A stretch of 64,000 nt of DNA from Phoronis australis (GCA_002633005.1 NMRA01000387.1:173017-237016), one strand, 5' to 3'; shown: positions 35,997 to 49,850, counted from the stretch's first letter. The notes: generated by a model not told the origin, from the letters alone. Made by a program: numbers and translations.

Positions 35997-36543
35997 TTAT
36001 ACCACATACTAAACGAGAAACATTGCAATGAATCGATCTACCTTTCTCGACTCGCCTCGGCTTTGTAACTACTTTCTATGTCAGAGGCCCGGGGTCGGAG
36101 GTTGTGACCTTTTAAGGAAAGCCGAGTTATTTTTGTCAAAAATGCTTTTACTCAAAACTAATTGAAAAATAAAACAAAATAGAAATAAAGTGAATCTATA
36201 AATTAAGGTTTAGCAACTATTATAGCTTACTACACATTTTATCACGCTAAGCTTCGACCGGGAAAATATCTTCTGCTACAGTAGGTTACCACTAGTAACT
36301 GACTATAATGCTCATGTCAAAGGATCCCTACGACACGATACGCACATTCAAATTAGAGATCGGTGATTTACAAGTGAGAGAACACGAGAGAAAAATTTCA
36401 CTGATGAATTAAAATATCGTTTTTATGGAAATTATGCGTCTTATTTTTCATAGCGTATAAATGTCGGTGCAGTGCCCTTTGCTGAACATGGGATTGTTGC
36501 ATGTGCTAATTTAAGTATTCTATTTTCACGTTAGATGACATCA

Positions 36544-36614
36544 GCCGCTGAGTGGTGCAGTGGTAAAGTAGGCGACTCGAAACTCGAGGCCCGGGTTCGA
36601 ATCCGGCCTCGGTT
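36544..36614 (+). pseudogene. tRNA-derived sequence (pseudo-tRNA or SINE head)
   Basis: A box TGGTGCAGTGG and B box GGTTCGAATCC at tRNA spacing; acceptor and anticodon stems pair poorly. Confidence 0.65.
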
Positions 36615-38822
36615 TCCTGCCAAGTGTTATCTCACTAGTGAGATAACTTGATGGGTTATTACACGGTTGTATCTGCCATTCAAGGCTAATAATGCAAAGT
36701 TTTAAGATAATGCAACTATCTATAAGATTTTGTTAAAGCTGATACAAAAGGTAAATCCCTGACATAACAACAGGATTTGTATCAGGTTACTGGGTGATAG
36801 CATTTAAGTCAAACTGGTCCTCTCATCCGAAGCGGGTCGGGTCGGTAAATCAATACACTCTGTCAGCTAATGTTTATTTCATTTTCTTCTCACTTTTCAA
36901 TATGGGGATGTGCAAACTTGCTTTAATTAAAAGAATTCTTAGTCTGATTGCAAATAAAATGACTTGGCATTTGCGCCCATGTATTAGAGATGTTTGCATA
37001 AAAAGAAACAAAATGAAATGAATGTAATTTACTTTATGTCTCGGAAATGCTTAATTTCTAATTCAAATCCTTGATTCTCTTGTGGTCTTTCATCACTTAC
37101 ACATGATCTCCCATGCGCAGCTCAACACTGCCAACTTTGAGATTCAAAAGATTTTAATGGTCAGTATTTGAAGTCATTTCTGCGCAATTTTGAGAATGAA
37201 AAATTAATTTAAGATTGATGGCTTTTTACGACTGGAAGACAAGGATGGCTTCTATTCTGATGGTCAGTCAGCCGGTCTTGTTATGTATCCCCTTTCACAT
37301 ACCCAGATAACATGATTTTTCTTTATTTCGACTGATTACAACAGAATAATAAATAAATCAAACAAATAAACAGTTTTCGTTAAATATATTGTCTGCATAT
37401 TTGTTGAATTTATACGACAATAAGCAGGACCTGTTTTGTAGGCAGCTTGTTTTGAAGTACCTGTATGTGTGATTGTTTCAGCTATGTGTCATGTGTTAGC
37501 TACTTGTCATCAAGTTGTCGGCATTTGATAATCTATGGGGGTAGTTAGTATGCAGTCAGAGATAAACCATAGTCTTCCGGTCATGTCAATAGTCAGGATT
37601 TATGGTGACTTTTTTCCTTAAAGCAAATATTCTCCAAATACTATGAATTCGGTGAATCAGTGTCAAGTTTTCTTCCAATATGAGCGATGAGTTTTTTCAC
37701 AGTACACCCGAGTCAGATCAGCTTCAGTGGTGTTTGCACTTAGTTACATAACCTAGTCATTCAGTGGCATAGTCTCAGTGGGATTCTGTCTGACCTTTAA
37801 CTTTGCTGGAGAGACTGATCACCTGAAATGTTTACTCTTTGCCAAATAGAACAAAGTACAACACTATGACCCAGACAGATGTTGCATAACTCAAAGTGGC
37901 TCCTTTGGCATCAGGAGAAGCCTGTGTTTATAGCGTGTTATGTTGGCAAAAGAATTATGTATCATTATTGATGGGCAATTACACGATGAGCCATCAATCA
38001 GGTTTTTTTCTGACAACTGACCCTTAAATATGTGCCACATTTTATTTACGATCTAGCCGACAAAAAATTCATCAGTTGCAAAAACAAAATATTTTTGCTA
38101 CAATAATCATGAATAAACAATTATGTAACTAAATGGAAATTGAAAAAGTTAAATATTTTACCTACCTTCCCAGAGTAGGGTGGGTGATGGGAGGACACAC
38201 TAACAAAATTATTTTATGGTGGTCCTACATGCTTAACTATCTCACAAATGTCTTACCGGTATCTCACTCATACGAAACTTTCAGATACTATAATACTTTA
38301 TGCATTGTTCTCCAAAACACTTTTTAGGAAATTGTGTTTTGCATGTTTCTCTTTTGTTTGAGGGGCTATTAACATTAGGACTTCATTGATTTTTATGAAA
38401 AAATCTAAATTTGCATAAAACGAAAAAATGATAATTTAGAAAATTGTTACTTGTAGCAACTTTTTTGAGAGATTTCACCTTGAACCTTTATATCAAGCAA
38501 AATTTGTTCAGTTAATTGTTTCCGTGGTTTTGCAATGAATGTGTGCTTCTTTTTCACTAAATTTTGCTAAAAAATCTTTTTCTTTTTCACAAATCCCAAT
38601 TAATGATATACTGATATGAGGGTTAAAAATCACTGTTCACAGGTTTTTTCTATATTCATAAAATATATTTTTAGTGTCATTTGAATTTGAATGTTGTGTA
38701 CATATTTGGCCTCATGCACACATTTGTCGATAAGTCCTACACGACCTTGAACTACTGACTTGGAACTATATTATCTCATGCCTACCTCATACTAAATAAC
38801 TTGATGTTTGTTTTTTCTTCAG

Positions 38823-38890
38823 CCATGTTCGAGGCAGAGTACTGGTTGCATTAGCTGATGGAACTGTAGCAGTGTTTCACAGGGACAAAG
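38823..38890 (+). CDS. MAPK8IP3: JIP3/4 exon (HVRGRVLVALADGTVAVFHRDK)
   Basis: cttcag acceptor, AAG|gtacgt donor. Confidence 0.95.
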
Positions 38891-39544
38891 GTACGTTCCT
38901 TTGCTGATGTTTTTATAGGGATGTTAGTTTGTCAGTAAGAGTTGTTTTGTCCAGAGGTGTTTCCGATTCACGTTGGGCTAAAAGATGAACGGAAAAAGAC
39001 ATTTTTGGCTGGAGATCATTTACTGGTGGTAAATGAAATCTTCTGTCCCAACCCCATGTAGAACCGATGTGATGGTTAGTTAGGACACTTGATTACAATA
39101 GAACCTCTCAAATTTGATAATGCTGCAAAATGGTGTGTTTTATGTACTTTGCACTTGGTATTTGATGGTATGGAAATCCCATTAGTAATGTGGATTTTGT
39201 TTTGATTTGTGGTCTAAAAAGTTAGGCTTGCATTTTGGAAAGGCAAGAATTTGTTGTACTGTCTTGTTGCAACTGTTGCTCCTAAGATTTTGTTGTTTGC
39301 TTTGGATTATGTTATGGAATGTTGTCCTAGACTAATTTTAGAATCTTATCAAACAAGGATTGTAATTTAACATTCATGACAGAAAAAAAAAATTTCAGCC
39401 AGATCTTGTATTATTATTAAATTTTGTTTTGTAAGAATATTTTATGGTTCATATTACTTCAGTTATTCATTTCTGACACTTTGAACATAATTTGACCAAT
39501 TAGAAGAGTGAAAACTTTACTCATCCACCTTCCTACATTTGCAG

Positions 39545-39696
39545 AAGGTCAATGGGACCTGAAGAACTACCATCTACTTGACCTCGGTCGACCCCACCAT
39601 AGTATACGATGTATGGTGGTAGTGGCCAATAAGCACGTCTGGTGTGGGTACAAGAATACAATACACATCGTTAACCCAGCCACTCTAAAGGTTGAA
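39545..39696 (+). CDS. MAPK8IP3: JIP3/4 exon ([23 protein letters not shown]...KVE)
   Basis: ttgcag acceptor (CAGAAG tandem acceptor), GAA|gtaagt donor. Confidence 0.96.
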
Positions 39697-40789
39697 GTAA
39701 GTTGCAAATGAATATACAGGGTTTATACTATGGTAGCTGTTGTACACTTCATTTCTTCAACTTGTGATCGCAAGACCTTTTACCTGCTGCAATACGCTGT
39801 GTGTTACTTACAGACCTAATGTGCCAGTGTTAAATCTCAGCAATTTAATATGCAATAAAGCTGGCAAGTCCAATTTTATTTTTGTGTTTCCGTAATAGAT
39901 AAATAGAAGCTTGAACAACCATTTTCAGTTACTGTACAATAGCGATGATCTGATGAATCAGTATTGCGAAAGTTTGGGCTTGTGCAGCATTGTAACTTGA
40001 AGCTCTTGAAAAATGAAAAAGGGGCAATTTTGATGTTTTTTTTTAACTTGGTGAGGCGCTACTGCAGTTTCATTCTTTTGAAAGCAGCAATACAGGTCCT
40101 TCAGACAAGCAATAATGCCGCCCATTTATGATTTGGGTTAAAAGCTTGTTTTTGATTGAATTTATTTCATTTCATCAGAAAATTTGTATTTCTGTGTAAT
40201 TCTGTTGCTGTTTTAGAGATCCTTTACCTTAGTTTGCAGTCTGCTTACGCTAGTTTGCTAGGCCATACACGAACTTTGATAGTTCAGGTTAGAATCTTTT
40301 AAAAAGTGCATTGCACTCTAGAGTTCTGATTTCTATTTTCTCTCTTAAAGTAAAGTCCTGCTGAAGCCGTCTTCAAGTTAGTAATACTCCAAAGTGTCTT
40401 CACATTTTTATTGCTCATCGAACGTACTCCCTTTGAGATTTACAAGATGTTGCAAAAATGATGAATCATTGAAATTTTTACTAAATCCGTATCAATCGTC
40501 TTTAATATTTCCTTTCAAATTCGGTAGGCTTTAACTTCAATCTGAGGACGATCCTTCCACAAAGTTTTAACCATGTGAGTCAATATTAAATGAACTTTTT
40601 TCATTTTTTCTAAAGGAGCTGGAATGAACTTTATGCAAACATTGGGGTTTGGTTTTTGGGTCACCCTGTAAGTTGTGAAGCTAAGACCGTGCTTTAAAAA
40701 TGTACAAAAATACCTCGATTGTAAACAAGTTCAATAAGCTATACTGGTGCGTGAGTTTTTTTTAAACCACAGGTGAGTTCATGACATAA

Positions 40790-41200
40790 GCCACATTCAC
40801 ACAAGAGACGGCTCCCAGTGCAGCTAACACGGTACAACTGCTACAGTGCAAGTGTTTGTGTAAACACGAATGACATGGAGCGAGTTACACGGCAGCACCC
40901 AGTTTCTGACACCCGTTTTATAGGTAGTGCGAGTTACACATGATCAGTTGCTCCAGTGTCAACTACTCGTCTAAACACAAATTTCAATGCGCTTGCGCAA
41001 TAGCATGTAATGGGTGATCAACTGGCATTCCATGTGGTTTGGACATTTGCTAATTGTTTATGCAAGCATGCGCATACAGTCTTCATGTAAGTGACTCTTG
41101 ATCCAGTTTGCGATCTAATGTCTTGTAATTGTGACTAAAGTGGAGCAAGTCGCACCGTGACCCTTGACACGGTGACAACTGTCTCTCATGTATAAGTGGC
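40790..41200. mobile_element. MITE, PIF/Harbinger-like
   Basis: Imperfect TIRs gccacattcacacaagagac / gtctctcatgtataagtggc, TAA-type flank. Confidence 0.6.
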
Positions 41201-41268
41201 TATAATGAGATGTACCCACTTTGTTAACCCATATCAAATAACCTTACTGATTATACGTCTTTTCTCAG

Positions 41269-41440
41269 AAATCTTTTGATGCTCACCCACGAAAAGAAAG
41301 CCAAGTCCGCCAGATGACGTGGGTTGGTGATGGAGTCTGGGTCTCTATTCGTCTGGATAGTACCCTGAGGCTGTACCACGCTTACACTTACCAACATCTA
41401 CAGGATGTCGATATCGAGCCGTACGTCAGCAAAATGTTAG
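41269..41440 (+). CDS. MAPK8IP3: JIP3/4 exon ([15 protein letters not shown]...EPYVSKML-G)
   Basis: tctcag acceptor, TAG|gtgaga donor; highly conserved peptide. Confidence 0.97.
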
Positions 41441-41535
41441 GTGAGAGAGATTATGCTTTTATTTTCTTTTGATGCCTGTGATTGCGCACGGTTATTTCTG
41501 CAATTGTCATTGCTATATTTTTTATTATAATTGTA

Positions 41536-41536
41536 G

Positions 41537-41592
<56 letters not shown>
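41536..41592. repeat. (GTT)n microsatellite
   Basis: About 19 perfect units. Confidence 0.97.
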
Positions 41593-42169
41593 GCAGTTGC
41601 TATTATTGTTATTGTTGTTGTTGTTTCGTATTATTTATTATACTAAGTATGTTATTATCGTTATTCTATGTTTCCCTTCAGAAAACATGTTGTTAATTTG
41701 TTTGTGAGACAGTGTAAAGAACTTAAAAAATGCATCTATTCAATAAGTGTTTAAGATTAAAGTCTGAAAAATATAAAGTTTTTAACCTGACTGAGAAAAT
41801 ACATCCGTTATTAATAAGTAAATTGTCAAAAAGCATTTGGTTATCTGCTTTTTTCTTCCTTCGAAAAAGTTGACAAATTTTGTGAAATTCATTTGGCACT
41901 GTCAAAGTTTTGACGAAAAGCCAGAAGGAAACCAGATGAATAATAACTAAATCATTTTAGAATTAGCCAAAAAATTTTGTTTGAAATATAGCCAATTTCT
42001 AACAGTAAGAAATTCCATAGACTTTAATTTCACATATGAAAAATGTAATAAATGCAAAAATGAATTAGAAGACTTGTTTCTCCAAAGATGGTCAGTTTTT
42101 TACCCTTTAAATGAAATACAGATGGAAAAATATTTTTGTTTAGTTTATTAGCTTAATATGTAATCAGAA

Positions 42170-42478
42170 GGAATAAAGTAGAGACCTATTGGTGGCCTTG
42201 TTGTATTTGAGGATCTAGCTTTTGGTCCCGTCCTGGGCCCTTCATCGGAGTACTGGAGTGGAAATCTCCGTGTCATATGGCCACTTGGTGGCTATCACTT
42301 GAGAGGAGGCGCGGGTAAGTGGCCCGTGATTTCTAGCCAGCACCTCCCCAAGTACCGCCCAGAGGTGGCCACGTGACACTGAGATTCCCGCCAGTACCCC
42401 GACGAAGGGCCCGGGGTGGAACCAAATGCTGTTGGTCCTCAAATACAACTACTTGGTGATAGGTAACTACTTTATTCC
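42170..42478. repeat. ~310-bp imperfect palindrome (foldback element)
   Basis: ggaataaagtag...ctactttattcc ends; inner gttgtatttgagga/tcctcaaatacaac, gggcccttc/gaagggccc and tggccac/gtggcca pairs. Confidence 0.85.
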
Positions 42479-42748
42479 CTGTACTTTGTAGTGGCATCAG
42501 CTGTGAGTATCGTTCCACTTTTATGTAATCATGTTTTTGTTTGGTGAAATGGTGTGTGTGTGATATGTCATTGGGGAATTGTCTAAAATTGTCTGTTATT
42601 AATGCAATAAGCGTTAAAAAAATCTTTCTTCAAAACTACTGATAGGTTTTCTCCCAAAAGGTCGTAGCCAGAAAGGTCCATTGCGTCAGTTTAATTTCTG
42701 CCTAGTCTCAAAAATCGGGTGAGCTTCACAGCTTTTGTCTCTTTGTAG

Positions 42749-42862
42749 GAACTGGAAAGTTAGGCTTCTCTTTTGTCCGAATAACGTCCCTCGCCATCTC
42801 TTGCAATCGCCTTTGGATTGGAACTGGAAATGGCGTAGTGATATCTGTGCCTTTGTCTGAGC
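42749..42862 (+). CDS. MAPK8IP3: JIP3/4 exon ([14 protein letters not shown]...[17 protein letters not shown])
   Basis: tttgtag acceptor, GC|gtaagt donor. Confidence 0.96.
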
Positions 42863-44384
42863 GTAAGTATAGAAATAACAAAATGTTTGTTTTCTTATAA
42901 TGTCCTGAGTTTTGTTAAAAAATAATTGAATAGTTGAGAAATATTGCCTTTTGAGTTTGGACATCTGAAACTCGTCAGACAATAGAGTATTTTTCGTGTT
43001 TTTATTTGTTGGGCATGAAGTTGGTACATCAGTGTGTGCACATGTTTGAGTGACTTTGGATTTCTTTAGTCCAAGTACATGATTAATAGCTACGGGTGAT
43101 CAATCAACAGATAAAATGATGTGATTTGTCGTGGAATTGATTATATGGACTTAGAATGAGCATTTTTCTTTCAATTTTTTCGTGTTGGAAAATCAATATG
43201 TTATCTAATTCTAGTTAGTGGGTAATTTCTTTGTAAGCCAATATTAGCGTGTATTATGTTACTGATATCTGGTCATATGTAACCCTATGCGGTGTTTCCA
43301 GGCGACATCAAAAGCGATGCTTAGCTGACATTTCTGCTTTTGATAACTGGGTCTCATTTCTTCTGCTTTGGATAAATAACTTTGTGACCATCATGTCTTT
43401 TAGCATTAAAAATTAACTCAGTTGGGTTTTTGATTTTTAAAAATCAGTGGGTAAGCTATTGACTGAAATCTCTGAAATTTTAGATGGCATCCGAAAGCCT
43501 TTGACTTGCTGGCTGATGATTACATTAACCAGCATTAGTGTTTAGGTATCACCACATACAATAGCTAGTGTCAATAGGCAGTGCAAGTGTGTCTCTGAGT
43601 TTTCGGAAGGCTTTGGGTTATAGGCTGTAACATAACTAAAAATTCAGGTCATGTTGAGCGGACTCCCAGAATGTTACTCACATGACATGTTGTTTGGCAG
43701 TTCTTGATGAGTCAAGTACGGAGGAGATGGTCTCGCCACCTGTTGACAGTCTAGTGCATAGCACAGATGATATATTGCTTTGCAGGACTTAGCTGATACA
43801 GGCAGAACAGGATTGCATTTCATAGATCAAAATATTCCCAAGAATAGCTAATGTGGTCATGTTCTCTGTTGGACACTCGGCCATCTTACAAAGACAAATG
43901 TGATCTCCTCACTTTGCTCAGGGTCTAGCCTTTGTACTCGAAATGAAATTCAAAATTATTTTTGGCATTTTCTGTGCTACTTTGTACTTGCTCAGTTAGA
44001 TGAAAGTCAAATTATTTTGTGTTTGGGCACATTATGGGTTATGCATGTGACCTTCCAGTTGAGATTTCGAGTAATAACTTAAAACTTTGAATTCAGACTC
44101 AAACTTTAAGCCTCAATGTTAGTCAAGTGCAGACTAAGATTAGACAGTTACTCAGTGACACTAAGCCATTATATACTCAAGCATAGAATTATGGACACTT
44201 ATCTTGAGTTAGCATAAAATTAGAATATGAAAACTCACTACAAATAATTTCAAATTCTGTTTCAAATAAAAAGCTTAGACCCTCTAACCTAGGTGTGTAG
44301 AATGCTGTCCAGTTTTCCCTGACCTCAAAAGCATGCAGTGGTCGAACACTACATACAAACATAAGGCTGATATTCATTTTGCAG

Positions 44385-44573
44385 ACAACAAACACCCGGT
44401 CACCACTGGCAGTGGGGGCAGTTCACGACCCGGCGGAGTGATACGCGTGTATTCCGACGCCAAGGGAGAAAGAGTGACCCCTGGTAGCTTCATCCCATAC
44501 TGTTCTATGGCACAGGCTCAGCTCTCGTTTCATGGACATAGGGATGCAGTCAAGTTCTTTGTGGCTGTTCCAG
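44385..44573 (+). CDS. MAPK8IP3: JIP3/4 exon (RPGGVIRVY...FIPYCSMAQAQLSFHGHRDAVKFFVAVP-G)
   Basis: tttgcag acceptor, CAG|gtacgt donor. Confidence 0.96.
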
Positions 44574-46044
44574 GTACGTGGTTGAAATGAGATTGCAAAA
44601 AGTGAACTTTACTCAACGAAGAACAAACAATTACTAAAGAAGAGATCCAAACTTGAGGCTTCTATAGAATGATGTGAAATGCATTCCTTTTTTCTCTTTT
44701 TATGCAATGAAGCCTTAACTGAGATAAGTTTGTGACAAATCTACTGTAGTGTACATATTTTTGCTTTTGATCCATGCATATTAGCAGTATAGCCCATTAT
44801 TCATTGACTTGTAATAATTACCCATTACAGTGTTCTGTGGTTCAGTAACTTTTCCAGACCTGAGGGGTGCTGAAGGTGCAATAACATGGCTCATTTGTTA
44901 ACTGCCCAGCTCAGTCTTTTGTCCCGTATGATAACAAGCAGGCCAATTATCTCCCAGACTTCAAAGGAAACGTATGGTGGTTGCACGCTATTACTGAACG
45001 CGCATGAACACAGTCAAACACAGTGTGTCCGTTTGGACAGAATAGATTGTCTTAACTTCTGTTGTAGTTGGGCGATTTTGGTGATTCAAAAACGGAACAT
45101 GATCAGCATTTGAGAAGGAATTCAGAAATACTATTGGTTTAAGCTCAAATATGTTATAACTTTCATTTTTATCAGCCCAGCCCAGTCATTCTAGATACAA
45201 TCTGATCAGAGATTAAGAGCAATTATCGAACAAAAGAGTGCAAGCCCTCCAACCATAAATGCCAGAATGGAGTTAATCAGTCATGTAAGATATTGGCTAC
45301 GGGGAGGGGGGGGGGGGTTGTAAACTTCCCAACTGGTTGTTGGGTTATAGAATATATCGAACAAGTTGGGAGTAACGGGATGTCGCCGTCATGATAACGA
45401 TGTAACCTGTGTGGCCTTGGCTTTACTAGGTCCTGCAGTCTATTACAACATGACGTGAAAAAGAGTAATGCTTGAAACATTTGGTCTTCTATGTTAAACT
45501 GTTTTACTAAAGGGACATTATATACCTGTATTCCACCACAAACAGTGATTTTTGATTTAGACTATGTACCATATTATGAAATTTGACCCAGTTTCTTCCC
45601 GTAATTAGATGTGACCTGGGCGTGGAAAGAACGTGATAGGTTAAGAGCAGCCTCTGCAAGTTGACCTGTCACGATGTGTCATTTCATTCACCAGTCACGG
45701 TCTTGAGGAATAACGAACTGTCATTCTTTGCAATACCAAAACTGCTTTCATGTGAGTAAGGAGAAAATGGACTGATTTTCTAAAAGCAAGTGATCTAAAT
45801 CAAAATTCAATTTCTTCGACAGAATGCGGGTTCCAGGTTTGTTGCCAAGTAGTAAGTTCCGGTGTTAGCATTTTCACGCTCAAAAATGTCATTATTTGAT
45901 GTTCCTATAAACAACCTTACAATGAGTATGCATTTCAGTTAAAGGAAAGGCCATGCAATGATGCTGTTCAGGTTGTGTGACTTGTACAGTCCTTACTTCA
46001 TCAAGAAAACGGTGCTTTTAAAATCATTTTATTTCCTTTTTGAG

Positions 46045-46164
46045 GTGTTGGTGCTCAGGGACTGGGAACAATTAAACAACTTCCTAAAACAGAGAGTTCA
46101 AACTCTCTAAAGAAAACCATGCTGGTTATGTCTGGAGGAGAGGGGTATATAGATTTCAGAATAG
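46045..46164 (+). CDS. MAPK8IP3: JIP3/4 exon (...MLVMSGGEGYIDFRI-G)
   Basis: Conserved motif; TAG|gtaagt donor; the in-frame acceptor is a GAG after a strong pyrimidine tract. Confidence 0.88.
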
Positions 46165-46220
46165 GTAAGTGCACTCAAGATAAGTGTTTACATGATATGA
46201 ATTGTGTTTGTTTGTTTTAC

Positions 46221-46286
46221 GCTCATGTATGATTGATAGCTGCTCATGTATGATTGATAGCTGCTCATGTATGATTGATAGCTGCT
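46221..46286. repeat. 21-bp tandem repeat (gctcatgtatgattgatagct) x3
   Basis: Perfect units. Confidence 0.9.
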
Positions 46287-47741
46287 TATGACAGGTGATG
46301 TGGTGTCAGTACAATAAAATGCTGTTGTGGAACAATAAAACTGATCTTGTGGGACCACCGAGTTACTAGTCTCCCCCTCTTGTGGACAGGAGAGCCATTA
46401 AATGTTTGCACAACATGCTTTAATTTAGATCTTGTTTATCACAATGAGTAGTTTAAAGAGATTCAAGATTTATTGCTTAGTATGTTGCCTACTATGAATT
46501 AGAAGTATTTACATTTCATCGTGCTACTTAGCTTAATTTTATCAAGCTTAAATGGAAAGTCACCTTAGTCAATATTTTTTCCAACCTTAAATTCCCTCGC
46601 TCATTTAAATAACTCGTTTACCTTGAAAAATACTATTGATGTGTAAGATAGATCAGGCTTGTCAAAAAATCTTGAACAAGCTTGTTGGATCAGACACCTT
46701 TTTCATGTTATTATCCCTAGCTTGAGAAACTTCAGCTCTTGGTAACCATTGTTGTGCTAATTAATTTGAGTATTATAACTCAGTGGACTTTTCATATTGG
46801 CGCTCTCTAGAGTAATTAGAGCACGAATGTGACTTCGGATTGATCCCGACTCCGTTTTGGTGGAGAGGAATTCAATTACTACACAGAGGTTCATAATTTA
46901 ATATAAAATTAAAGCAGAGTAATAAGTTCCCCGTTCAACCAATCTCATTGTCTGATAATTAATTAAAGTTCACTTTGATTATCTTGTTGACACGTGTTGG
47001 AATCAAAGTTCTCCTGGCCACTTTATCATCGGCAGCCAGTGGCTTTGTTGCGGATACATCTTGCCAATTGGAAATGTATTGAGCAGGACGTCATTGCTCA
47101 TCAACTGATATTTCAAAAGGTTTGCTCGCTTTTTGTAAGGCATTAATACATCCCATCGCACACCAGTGGTACTTTGCCGGTATTATAATAGGAAAGGTGT
47201 TACACGCTGTTTATACCAGAAGGTTGAAACCTCCCGTGTGCATTACTTGGGTTCTATTGGCGGCACTGAACGCCTGCCAACATTATGACCTGATCACCGT
47301 CTAGTGGGTTAGTGAATTTCAATGTGTCAAGGATGTTTTGAAAGTCAGCTATTTAAGCTGGCTGTCTTTAACGTATTCTGTCTCTAAGTTGTTTTCGTGT
47401 CTTGATCAACGTGGTATCAAAACACAAATATAACATAACCAGTTCATATGTGTTGTGTGGTTCACTCATGTGCCCTACAATAAAGATGTCTGCCACATTT
47501 ATAGCAAGGTACTCTGAGATCAGTGTGGAACCTTGGAACAAAGTAGGTCCAAAAAGCTTGAATGATATTGGCCAAGCTTGAATAAGGTTGTTCATTTTTT
47601 GGTTGGTTGGTTAATCTTGCTAATGAGGATAATTCAAATTTGATGTGATTACCATTGGGGGTGGCAGCAACTGTCGTCCATACAGGGTGACCTGGGGCTG
47701 GTTCTCAATGAGTCTATTCTTTTGGCTAAAAATCAGTCTAG

Positions 47742-48239
47742 AGTCCCGTTTAGACATCAACTTTTGGCCCAGCGCAACTGACACGGAGCAAATTGACCCG
47801 TGTCAAGTGGCCGTTTACACACACAACTCACTTAACCGTGGCAAGACGGAAATTAAAGGCTGGAGAGACTGGATCGCACATGCGCAGGTTTACAAATGAC
47901 GAGAGTTGCAGAGACAAAGAACCCGTACGTAGGTCATTACACAAGCGTAGTCTCCTACATAGACACATGAGTATCCGTGACGTCATCTTGTGAGGCCCGG
48001 GAACCAGGTTATGCACAAGCGCAGTAGAGATGATCCTTTCCGGTTTGCTCCAGTTTCGTGTTTAGACGTATAATTGACACGGCGCAAGATGTTCGGGCGC
48101 AAATTGCTCTATCTCACAAACGGGTGGCAAAAATTTGTCACCGCGGTGTCAATTTGCTCCGTGTCAGTCTGTTTACACACTGGAACAACTTGTTCCATGT
48201 CAGCTGATCCGTTTCAACTTAGTAAGTGTAAACGGCACT
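47742..48239. mobile_element. MITE with 3-bp TAG target duplication (PIF/Harbinger-like)
   Basis: TIRs agtcccgtttagac / gtaaacggcact, TAG on both sides, internal inverted ctgacacggagcaaattgac. Confidence 0.75.
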
Positions 48240-49156
48240 TAGGGATGGCTTGTCCAGTTTCACCATATAATGCAAAGGCTAAAAGTCAGAAAATCTGTTT
48301 ACATCTCGAAGCCAAAAAATAGAAACCCATAGTCTGCTCAGAGTCAAGACTAAAAACCAAGGCCCAAACAGGGCCCTGACATTGTTGCATTGTTAGTCTT
48401 CTGCTGCTTACAATCACTAACTGTTGCTTGTGTGTCACATTTTGTGAAACACGTCATTAGAGAAAAAGACAACACCAAGGTTGGCAGTTTTCCTTCTTCA
48501 CAAACTGCATGAGCTTTCTTAGTCTTTTTCTTCACAACAAACCACATGGGCTTTCTCATAGCCAATCATGTTGTAGAACTACTAAGCAAAGGCTTGCTCA
48601 TGCATCCTGTCAGAGAATGATAGGAACTATGGTTCATGAGAAGAGAATTGTAGTTCAGGAGAAAGTAACTGTGGTTCATGAGAAAAGAACTGTAGTTTAT
48701 GAGAGTCAGAAACTGTTGCACTGATCTCGTGAGTTAAGAATGGAGCTGGTAGTAAATGCATCATGACTTTGACGTGCACTTTGTGAGTAAGAAGATTTAA
48801 CTGGTTCTGAATATGAGTATGATGTTGGTAGGTCGGTCTGTCTTAAAAAACTTTCAATCAGCACATAGAACGTTGTTGCGGTCATAATGTGTCTTGTGGA
48901 CACATTTATGAAATTTAATCATTTGTCCTATTTACAAGCACTTGGTGAAATTGCGTGGTAAACTCTAGCTGCAGGTGATAAGTTTTTCAATTGAGTCAGA
49001 TTTTTTATCTATTTTGTTAATGCAAGAAGGATTTTAGTCTAATGATGTCTGATTAATAAAGTGTTTGTGGTTTTGAGGAAATTTGAAGCTGTGGCCATCA
49101 CTTACTGAATTGAATTCCATTTTTTGTCTATTATGGGTAAAACATGATACATTTAA

Positions 49157-49571
49157 GGCTCTTTCCCACTGGTGTCAACGCATCAATTTTTGGGGAGTTG
49201 CAGTAAGTATGAGCAGTTAACTTGGGTCCTGGATCGAAGTTAACAGCACCAGTTCACTTCGCTGTTAACAGCAGAGTATCCAAGCTGCGGTGCGATATGA
49301 ACGGCCAACTTCAATCTCATTGAAGTGATCACCAGGTGCCACTGCAATCGTCAATAATGAAAAGGCAGTGTTGTTGCTAATAGATGCTCAAATAATCACC
49401 AATCGAATTCAAAATAATCTCTATGTCTATTAGCACTAATCACTTCTCAAATGTCACCTACCGTTTACTTCAATGCTGTCACCTGCCAAAGCTGGTATGA
49501 ACGATTCAATTAACTTCGCTGTTTAGGTCGACGCTGCACTTATACCGGAGTTAAGTTAGTATGAAAGGGCT
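49157..49571. mobile_element. MITE, PIF/Harbinger-like
   Basis: TIRs ggctctttcccact / agtatgaaagggct, TAA/TTA flanks. Confidence 0.55.
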
Positions 49572-49850
49572 TTAATATTCATTATTATATTGAGCTAATT
49601 CACTGAACGTGGCTTGGAATTAATTAGCTAAATTAGCACTTTGTTAAATCTAGAATCTCTTTCCAGTTCTGGTGTACCATTTCTGGAGTAGACTGAAATG
49701 AACAATTAGATTTGATTAATTTCATTAATTTTAAAACTAATATGCCATTTCATTGATAATCTTGTCTATACCTCCTCCTTCATGTAACTCTGTAGTGGAG
49801 ATAGAGTTACAAGTGATGGTACCCACCAAACACTCATGAATGGCAGTTTT

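Noticed and set aside
36544-36614. Functional tRNA-Ser(CGA)
   Set aside because: Acceptor and anticodon stems do not pair well and there is no long variable arm; treated as a tRNA-derived repeat.
41469-41696. Poly-Cys ORF
   Set aside because: (GTT)n microsatellite.
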